Below are positions 12,781-23,000 of a stretch of 64,000 nucleotides of DNA, piece by piece (the stretch's first letter is position 1; the number at the start of each line of letters is the position of its first letter). The translations under genes and the position numbers were made by a program. Below the pieces are notes generated by a model. That model had not been told where the DNA came from and searched no databases. It worked only from the letters and a program-made list of their open reading frames with translations. The DNA comes from Octopus sinensis. Taxonomy: Eukaryota. Location of the stretch: NCBI RefSeq assembly GCF_006345805.1, contig NC_043005.1, positions 91,946,001 to 92,010,000 on the forward strand, in the 5' to 3' direction.

Positions 12781-13236
12781 ATAAGCAACAGGATATCAAG
12801 AAGTGATGCAGTACAACCATTTCAAACAGCTTCATTTAATTGAACAATGCAATCATTACATCAATTTAAATTAAGTGCCAGCTGATTATGGCACTTCATT
12901 TGAATTGATGTATATTTCTTTATTGCCCACAAGGGGCTAAACATAGAGGGGACAAACAAAGACAGACAAAGGGATAAAGTCGATTACATTGACTCCAGTG
13001 CATAACTGCTACTTTATTTATCGACCCCGAAAGGATGAAAGGCAAAGTTGACCTCAGTGGAATTTGAGCTCAGGACGTAACGGCAGACAAAATACTGCTA
13101 AGCATGTTGCCCAGCACACTAACGTTTCTGCCAGCTCGCCGCCTTATTTGAATTGATATAATGATTGCATTGTTCAATTAAATGGAGCTGCTTGAAACGG
13201 TCGTACTGCACCACTTCTTGATATCCTGTTGCTTAT
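12781..13236. mobile_element. Fold-back (hairpin) MITE-like element with ~100-bp inverted arms, interrupted by a SINE
   Basis: Left arm ataagcaacaggatatcaagaagt...aagtgcca (12781-12880), 8-nt loop, right arm tggcactt...gatatcctgttgcttat, split by the family A SINE. Confidence 0.8.
12913..13143 (-). mobile_element. tRNA-type SINE family A, nested in the fold-back element
   Basis: Reverse complement of the family A sequence. TSD atttgaattgat at 12898-12909 and 13146-13157. Confidence 0.9.
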
Positions 13237-14631
13237 ATATATATATATGCACATACATACATACATATATTCAAAAGCAGTTTTAGTTGAAACTTCCCTG
13301 CATGTTGTTTTATTCACTTGTTTCCCATTCTGAAGTAACCTATGGCGTGCAAAAAATTTCCACCTCACCACATTTTGAGAAGCACTGACCTAAAGCATGC
13401 TTCATTTATCAAATAGCAATTCCCTTGTCTATGCTACACGAATTATCTTCAACAATTTACGCCAAATAAAAGTAAATTTCTTGACTGTTTTCAGCCATTC
13501 TGTTGCTCTATACTCCTAGTTAAAAAAAAAAGGAAAGCATTTAAAGTACCACATTGTTGTGTTGTTAAATGACCTCATTAAGATACTTCAAAGAAAACTA
13601 ATATGTTTAGTGGTGCTGTCAATGTTTGTAATGCTTTTAGTCAATAGAGTGTTGATTAAGATACCTGCAGATAATTTAAGATTAAATTGGAATGAATGCA
13701 TTTTATACTTTTTCCATCCTGAAAACTGACATTTCTTATGGGATAACCTGATACTTATCCTATAAAATTAATGTTTTTATACACTGTAACATTGTCCCTT
13801 CTGAAATAAACAGAACCAACACACACAGATGCATGCATACACACAATTCGTTTCCTTTCCATCAACTCACTAAAGTAATGTTTTCAAGATATTCCAATGA
13901 CAAATATTGATATTTTTGTTGTTCACTAAAATAAATTTATTTACCCTCAAAAGGGTGGTGCATAGTAGAATTGGTAGTGTTGTGATATTTAGTTATACCT
14001 CTTTATATCTTGTGTTCAGATCTCTACAAATCATTTAAAGTTACCACAATCTCAAAGCATTAATCGCTATACATTATCTATTATCCACTATAATTTCTAT
14101 GCATAATTTATTTTTCACTATAATCTGTTTACATTAATTTCACTACTATTTTTGCACATTATTTATTCTTATTAAATAACTCTACACATAGTTTGGTTTT
14201 TAACAAAATCTTTACCATTTAATTTTTATCATGATTTTTATTATTTTTATCATCACCATCAAACTATTGTACTGCCCAATATCTATAAAATACAGACTTG
14301 TTTATTAAAACAGCCAGTATGAGTAACGTGCTTTTAATATTAAGCTCTATGGAAAATTTGGAGAACTCTTAAAAGGAATGTTAGGATATTGTAACATCTC
14401 TACATTTTGTTGATGGTGGAATGTTTTGTTATTCAATTGTAATTCAGTTTTCATCTTAAGCTGAATATTAAGTTAAATATTTTGCTTTCATGTTGTCTTA
14501 GAAAATATGGATCTAAATATCTGGCCAGTTATATGAATTCTTGAGTTCATATGACACTTAGCATTAATAATATTTATTACACAACAAACATTGTCTCCAG
14601 TTGTTAACTTAAGTCATTCTATGTCTATTAA

Positions 14632-14852
14632 CCCTTTAACATTTAAACCGGCCATATCCGGCCCAAATATTTAACCTGTTCTGTGTTCAAACTGGCCGGA
14701 TCTGGCTTTGCATACTTATCCTACAATGTCATTCTAAGAATAAGCAACTACATCCTCAAAATTTTAATGCTACGATGTCTTTGCATGATTAATTCAAAAC
14801 AATGTGAATAAATAAGCATTACATTTGACAGAATGATCTGAAAGCTAAACGG
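14632..14852. mobile_element. piggyBac-type MITE
   Basis: TTAA (14628-31) CCCTTTAACATTT...AAAGCTAAACGG TTAA (14853-56): TTAA target duplication and CCC/GGG-like termini. Second copy at 39558-39753. Confidence 0.75.
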
Positions 14853-15929
14853 TTAAACAACATGGCATTGCCAGTGTGAAAAACAACTGAATTTCTATAT
14901 TTTTCATTGCACAAATTCTTAACAATTAAATTTTTGAAAGTCAGTAATCCTGCAAAGAACTAAAGCAAACTAATATCTAATGTCTCAGCACAACATCTTA
15001 TTCTTAATTGTTTCTTACACAGGCAAGGAACTTGAGATTTTTCCTCTGTTAAGAGTGGGGAGCATTATCCACTTTTCCAAAGATATTCAATTATTAGTGG
15101 TGTCTCTGAGGAATCAAGAACAAGCCATTGATCTTGCATACTACAAGACTCTATTGTGCTTATTGATTATGAAAAATAATAATAAAAGTGGGGATTTGGA
15201 AGAATAATTAGTGTTCTGACTCTTCATGTTCTGATTTCAAATCTTACTGAGGTCAGCTTTACCTTTCACCCCAGGTCAGTACTGGGGACAATGCCTCTCA
15301 CTGAAATTTCTGGCCTTGTACCTAAATTAGAAACAATCATAAATAATAATATAATGTTTCCTAATTAACTTAAGCACTGAACTGATTAAAGATCATCCTG
15401 ATTTACTTGTTTGCAAATATGAAACTGGATTTAAAATGATTTCAGTTGTTCTTCCTAACACATCTATGTAAAATATCCTTTTGTTTTTGAGCCAATGTTT
15501 TTGGTTGCAGAGTAGGTTCTAAAAGAGATCAAGTGATAAAATATCTCATTCCAAAGTTGTTCTCAAACACACATCCTACTCATTGCAAACTGAAAAAGGT
15601 AAAAAGAAATTAGCAAGAAATATTTATGAGAAAAAAGATAAAATTAGATTCCATTCACATTAGCCATGTAGAATGTTCTGTGATTATTTTTGTGATTTGT
15701 GTGTATAGGAAACAAGAAAGAAAAATTAAATTTGTAGAGTTACAAAACAAATGAGGTTTCAAGATTATTGTTGATTATATGCTTGGAACATTCACAGTCA
15801 TCTGTTTTACATTGTAACCAAGCAAAATAGACAAAACTATGATTATAAGATATGGAAATGGTGTAGTTTTCAATTTTGCAAATGAAAGTTCAGTGAGTGA
15901 GCGTCCTTAATTTCTGCAAACATATTGAT

Positions 15930-16600
15930 GTTTCTTGAAACGATTTATGTTATACTAAGATTTGTCAGTGAAGCTATGGATGAGAGTCTCGTTCAATGTG
16001 GCTATTTGAGTCATAATTTTTTATCTATCAGTTGTTGTTCTCTATACTTCCCTTTGATCGTTATTAAAGAGGAAGGTGGCTCCATTCACAGTGCACCACC
16101 AGTGTGTTCATTTTGGTTGTTTGTTTTTACCTTCTAATTGTAGTTAGCTTGTATTGAAGGACTTCTTTACAGTCTTTAAGTTTCTATGGTGATAACCATT
16201 TGTTGCATCTATCAGTGGATAACTTTCCATGCAGTACGCATTTCGAAAGGTAATACTTTTCCATCTTGGATGTGTTGTACTCAACTTATATGCATCTTGA
16301 GAAGCCTGGCTATATTACTGGCATTTCTTGTCACATGGAATAATTCAGCATTCATGACCACGTCTCTTACTGAATTTTATTGATTGTTTATAGATAATAC
16401 TGATGGAAGAGTTCAAGGAAATGTAGAAATTGAGTCAACTTGATAGTCATTGACATGACTGTTTTATAGACTCTGATTTTTGGGACTATCATCAGATTTT
16501 TTTTTTTTTTGCTTTTCCAAGAATTCACATGTAGTTTGCTGAAGGTTCCTTTGTTCACCTTGATTAGTCTACTGTCCACTTTTTGGCCAATCTTTGGAAT
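15930..16600 (-). mobile_element. Degenerate RTE-clade LINE 3' fragment (RT C-terminus)
   Basis: Minus-strand translation ...GTFSKLHVNSW...KIRVYKTV...LELFHQYYL... resembles the RTE post-RT region (AF..L...VW....TK..VY.....LE.FH..CL). Many stops and frameshifts. Confidence 0.6.
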
Positions 16601-17063
16601 AAAGAAAATGCTACTTCTATTAACGTATTACTCCACTCCAAGATGAAATTGTAGCTAATTATCTAACTGTAATCATTCATATTCCTTCTTAATGATTAGA
16701 TTTTAATTCTTTGAGAATATGTGATGATATCTTGGAGCAGAGTATTGTTTTAAAAGAAATACTTTAAGGCGAACAATTACCATGATACTTTCTTCTATAT
16801 ATTGATGGTTAAGGTAACGCTTTTTCTGTATAATGGAAAATAATATAGATCAGTCCAAATCTACATGAACATGCTCATATTTTAAATGAAATTTAATAAT
16901 CATTAAAATTTTTTTAAATCAATGCATCTGAGACTTTATAATGTTATACCTATCATGACAGTGTCTCAAATTATAGAAATAGGTCTACCTTAGCAACTAC
17001 TTTTAAAACATAACAATTTCAAGTTCTGAACCATCGTTAGTTTTAACTTTTTACTCCTTGCAG

Positions 17064-20000
17064 AAATTGAATCTGTCAAACCTTTAGGCCTGGTAGATAA
17101 GGAGGATGGTGATGTACTTACCTTTACTGGAGAGAAGCAGCAAGTTCATTCTGACCAATTTGGTGAATCTGATAAGTCTAAACATTCTACAATGTCTGTG
17201 CAAAAAGAATCTGATAGTCTCTTTTCTGCAAACAGGGGAGATGTTAAAATTTCTCCTGGCAAAACTTTAGACATTACAATGAAAAAAACTGAAGAGTCTT
17301 ACTTAAATGAAATACCTGAAGGAAAAGTTCATTCAATACAGAAGCCAAGGTTTCCTTTCCAAAGTACTCCGTCAGCTGACAGTTCCAGAAAGATGTTTGA
17401 GCAATCTCCATTTACTGAAGATGATAAAGCAACAAAAATGATCAAACAACCCAGTAAACAGACAGTTGACCTTCATAACAACGAAGTTGAAGAGGAAAAA
17501 GTTGGATTTGTCCAAAAATCTAGATTTCCATCTAATGTCAATATGCCAAGTCAACTTCCGACAAAAATTTTTTATGACAAAGAAGACAAAGACCACAAAG
17601 AGGAACTTGTCACCCCCAAAATAACATCAACACATGAAACTAAACGAAAAGTTGTAAAGGAATATCAACAGGCAGATGAACAAGCACGTTCTGATTTAAA
17701 AGACCCATCAACCAAATTGTCAACAAAAGTCCTACATGATACTGATAGTAAAGACAAATTTCTTAAAAAACCAGTGAAAGATACTAGTGAAGAAAAATTT
17801 GGGGTGGCAGATAAGAATGTACTTCTAGCTCCATCAATTCCATCATCAGGTGATAGTCAACATAGTGATAAAAGTTCCTCTCAGAACATTGGTGGGAAAA
17901 TTACCAACAAACAGCCTCCAAAGGAAGATGATTCATTTAATCCCTTTGATAAATACTATAGAATTAAAAAGGACATCAAAATATCTCCCAGTAATACAGA
18001 TGGCTCTGAAAAAGTTTCTACAGTAAATTTAGAAAAGCCTACAGATGGTGAAATGCCTGAAGAAAAACTTGAGGCAACAGACAAGCCAAGGCTTCCTTTC
18101 CAAGCTTCTCCTTCAGTTCTCAGTTACAAAAGAAAAATCTTTGAGCAATCTCCATTTACTGAAGATGATGATAAAGCTAGGAAAATGGTCAAGCAACTCC
18201 CTAAACAGAATAACAAAATAGAAGAGGAAAAAGTTGCAGTTATCCAAAAATCTAGATTTCCATCTATCAAGAAATCAAATCAACTTTCAACTGATAGGGA
18301 GAGTAAGGATGATGCTCAAGATAAGAAAGCTGTCCCTCAAATTTCAAAACTTGATAAACCAAAAGATGAACTGACAGATAAAAAATCGTACTCTCTCTCA
18401 AAAGACCCAGTTCTACATGATACTGACAGTAAAGACAAAATTCTTAAAAAACCAGTGAAAGATACTAGTGAAGAAAAATTTGGGGTGGCAGATAAGAATG
18501 TACTTCTAGCTCCATCAATTCCATCATCAGGTGATAGTCAACATAGTGATAAAAGTTCCTCTCAGAACATTGGTGGGAAAATTACCAACAAACAGCCTCC
18601 AAAGGAAGATGATTCATTTAATCCCTTTGATAAATACTACAGAATTAAAAAGGACATCAAAATATCTCCCAGTAATACAGATGGCTCTGAAAAAGTTTCT
18701 ACAGTAAATTTAGAAAAGCCTACAGATGGTGAAATGCCTGAAGAAAAACTTGAGGCAACAGACAAGCCAAGGCTTCCTTTCCAAGCTTCTCCTTCAGTTC
18801 TCAGTTACAAAAGAAAAATCTTTGAGCAATCTCCATTTACTGAAGATGATGATAAAGCTAGGAAAATGGTCAAGCAACTCCCTAAACAGAATAACAAAAT
18901 AGAAGAGGAAAAAGTTGCAGTTATCCAAAAATCTAGATTTCCATCTATCAAGAAATCAAATCAACTTTCAACTGATAGGGAGAGTAAGGATGATGCTCAA
19001 GATAAGAAAGCTGTCCCTCAAATTTCAAAACTCGATAAACCAAAAGATGAACTGACAGATAAAAAATCGTACTCTCTCTCAAAAGACCCAGTTCTACATG
19101 ATACTGACAGTAAAGACAAAATTCTTAAAAAACCAGTGAAAGATACTAGTGAAGAAAAGTTTGGGGTGGCAGATAAGAATGTACTTCTAGCTCCATCAAT
19201 TCCATCATCAGGTGATAGTCAACATAGTGATAAAAGTTCATCTCAGAACATTGGTGGGAAAATTACCAACAAACAGCCTCCAAGGGAAGATGATTCATTT
19301 AATCCCTTTGATAAATACTACAGAATTAAAAAGGACATCAAAATATCTCCCAGTAATACAGATGTCTCTGAAAAAGTTTCTACAGTAAATTTAGAAAAGC
19401 CTACAGATGGTGAAATGTCTGAAGAAAAACTCGAGGCAACAGACAAGCCAAGGCTTCCTTTCCAAAATGCTTCTTCATTTGTCAATTCCAGAATAAAAAT
19501 GTTTGAAAAATCTCCACTTACTGAAGATGATGATAAAGCTAGGAAAATGATGAAGCAAGCCCCTAAACAGACAGATAATAAGAAAGTAGTAGAGGATGAA
19601 ATTGGGACTACCATAAAACCTAAATTTCCATCAGGAATTTCCTCCCCAAATTGGTCTTCTGTAAAGAAAGCAAATGAAAAAATTGGGAAAAATCTAAAAG
19701 CAACAACTCCTGTAAAAACAAGGGACACACCAGATAATACAGATTTTATTGACAGATCTGAGTTAAAAATTCAAATCCAAGAAAAACAAAGAATTGTATT
19801 CTCAAGAAAGAAACCCAGTGACAGTGTATCAAGGAATTTCCTTGAAAGAAATATTAAAGACTCCTCAGGTGAGAGAGATTCTACATGTACACCAGCTAAG
19901 AGCTCTTCAGAGCAAGTAAAGGATGTTAAAAAGAAGAAAAATTCACAAATAGAAATCGTTCCAGTTGCAGGAAAATCTAGATTTCCATTTCGAGGAGAAG

Positions 20001-23000
20001 CGCCACATCATCATTTGAGTAAAGATACTTCAGAGAATCAAGTGGCTGATGTGAAGGACGTTATGTCTAAGCAAATTTCAGAGTCTCGGGAAACAGAAAA
20101 CAATAGAAGTGGACAAGTTTCTGATAAAGATCACACCATTCAACATAAACCACAAACAGATTTTTACAAAACTAATATCCAAGACTTCCACTCAGATTCT
20201 GGTATCCAGTACCCTAATTCTCAAAAGGATCCTACTTTTCTTTCTACAAAACCAAAAAGTGTTCACTTAGTTGATAATTCTAAAAGCCCTATTCAAGACA
20301 AAAAAGAAGTAATTTCCTCTGTTAAGGAATCCCAGTTGGATTCTTTTTCACATAAAGATAAAATATCACCATCCTTGCCTTCACCTTCAAATAACACTAA
20401 CCAAGTCTCAAGCATAAGATCTGAACAGAAGGGTGTATCCGATCCTGAAAAATATAACAATGATAAACTCGGGTTATTATCAGCAGCCAGTGATGGTAGA
20501 AAGGTACCCATCCATCCTGATCTAATATCATCTACAAATGATTGGATAGATCATAAAGAAACTAAATTACCATTTAGTTCCAGAGAAACCATCAAAAGAA
20601 GTAAACCTAAAACTTCTAATAGTTCTGGAAATATTTTATCTGTAGGTCATGTGGTCCCTTCTGATGTAAGACCTCAGTTAGCATCAAAACCAGTAACCGA
20701 TAAGCCTACAGCTAGTAGTTCCCTTTCTAAGCCTATTACTGCAGCCCAGACCTCTCAGCAGACGTCTCTCAATTGGATAGATCGAAAAGAGACATTCTTT
20801 TCTGCTGAGCGCACAAAAGCAACAAGAAGAAAGCACAAATCTGAAAAAGATGAGTCAGATGAGAAAAAATCTACATCTGATGATTATAAGTCATTTCCAG
20901 AGAAGTATCCTGAAAATAGACCAGGTAGAGTTGATCAAAGTCCTTCTTCTAGGCATTCCCAATCAGATAATAAAGTAAAGAAATTCTCAAGTAGTAATTA
21001 TTCTGAAGTAAAGGAAGTTGGAATTTGTGAAGCTAAGCAAAAATCTGGTTTGATAACTCCCCCAGTTAAGGAAATAACTTGCAAAGCTCCATTAAAAATA
21101 AATATTGATTATAAGAGTGAAACAGCTGTAGATTGTCCCAAAGATGTGGTATCAACACCTCACTGTGAATCTGATAAATCAACTGCTAACATATCCAATG
21201 TTCATGATGAACAAACTGATAAGAAGAATATACCAAGTTATGAAAATGTAGGGGTGTTCAGTGAACCTGATATGAAAATGAATTTAGAAAATGAAACATC
21301 TGGAACCAAATCTGCTGATAAGCATGTGGCAAATTTGGCTTCTCAAAAAACAAAAGATGGACCAGATGAAAAGATATCTTCTGACAAACTTGTAACAAAC
21401 AAGACTCCTCCAAAATCAAAAGAAACAACTTTTGGTCCGGATATAAAGGAACCAGATGATAAACATGTGGCAGAAGTTACTTCTTCAAAATCAAGAGAAA
21501 CAACTTTTGGTCCAGACACAAAGGTATCAGCTGATAGACATGTGGCAAATTTGGCTTCTCCAAAAACAAAAGAGACAACGTTTGGACCAGATGAGGATAT
21601 ATCAGAGAACAGACATGTGGCAAATTTAGTTTCTCCAAAATCAAAAGAGACAACATTTGGTTCCGAAGAAAACATACCTGCTGTTAAACAGTTTGCAAAA
21701 ATGACAATACCCGAAACAAAAGAATCAGATGAAAAGATATTTGCTGTCAAACTTGATGCAAATTTGAATTCTCCAAAAACAAAAGAGACAACCTTTGGTC
21801 CAGATGAAAAGACACAAGATGATAAACATGTGGTAAATGTGGCTTCTCCAAAAACAAAACAGACAACATTTGGCCCAGAAGAAGACATATCTGTTGTTAA
21901 ACAGTTAGGAAAAATGACATTACCCAAAACAAAAGAATCAACATTTAGTCCTGACAAAAACATATCTGCAGACAAACATGTGGAAAATTTGGCTTCTCCA
22001 AAATCAAAAGAGACAACATTTGGTTCAGAAGAAAATATAACAGCTGACAAACATGTGGCTAAGTTGGCTTCTCCAAAAAGAAGAGAAACAACATTTGGTT
22101 CAGAAGATAATATATCAGCTGACAAACATGTGGCTAAGTTGGCTTCTCCAAAATCAAAAGAGACAACATTTGGTTCAGAAGAAAACATATCAAATTACAA
22201 ACATGTGGCAAAGTTGGCTTCTCCAAAAAGGCGAGAGACAACATTTGGTTCAGAAGAAAACATATCAGCTGACAAACATGTGGCAAAGTTGGCTTCTCCA
22301 AAAAGAAGAGAGACAACATTTCGTTCAGAAGAAAACATATCGGGTGACAAACATGGGGCGAAGTTGGCTTCTCCAAAAAGAAGAGAGACAACATTTGGTT
22401 CAGAAGAAAACATATCTGCTGACAAACATGTGGCAAAGTTGGCTTCTCCAAAAAGAAGAGAGACAACATTTGGTTCAGAAGAAAACATATCAACTGACAA
22501 GCATGTGGCAAAGTTGGCTTCTCCAAAATCAAAACAGACAACATTTGGCTCAGAAGAAAACATATCTGTTGTTAAACAGTTAGCAAAAATGACATTACCC
22601 AAAACAAAAGAATCAACATTTAGTCCTGACAAAAACATATCTGCTGACAAACATGTGGCACATTTGGTTTCTCCAAAAACAAAACAGACAACATTTGGTT
22701 CAGAAGAAAACATGTCAGCTGACAAACATGTGGCAAATTTGGTTTCTCCAAAATCAAAAGAGACAACATTTGCTTTAGAAGAAAACATATCTGCTGATAA
22801 ACATGTGACAAACTTGGCTTCTCCAAGATCAAAAGAGAAAACATTTGGTTCAGAAGAAAACATATCAGCTGACAAACATGTAGCAGATTTGGCTTCTCCA
22901 AAATCAAAAGAGACAACATTTGGTTTAGAAGAAAACATATCAGCTGACAAACATGTAGCAGATTTGGCTTCTCCAAAAAGAAGAGAGACAACATTTGGTT

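Noticed and set aside
15510-15600. Possible small exon (ag|...AAG|gtaaaa) upstream of the giant exon
   Set aside because: It ends in phase 0 in its only open frame, which is incompatible with the phase-1 giant exon, and the donor is weak.
1-17063. Search for the N-terminal Slp homology (Rab27-binding) exons
   Set aside because: No LS.L...E...IL.VL.RD or SG.WF-type motif was found in the ORF track or by eye; these exons probably lie upstream of the window.
19318-20511. Minus-strand ORFs inside the giant exon (also 17372-17596 and 24085-24516)
   Set aside because: Antisense shadows of biased codon usage; no domain similarity.
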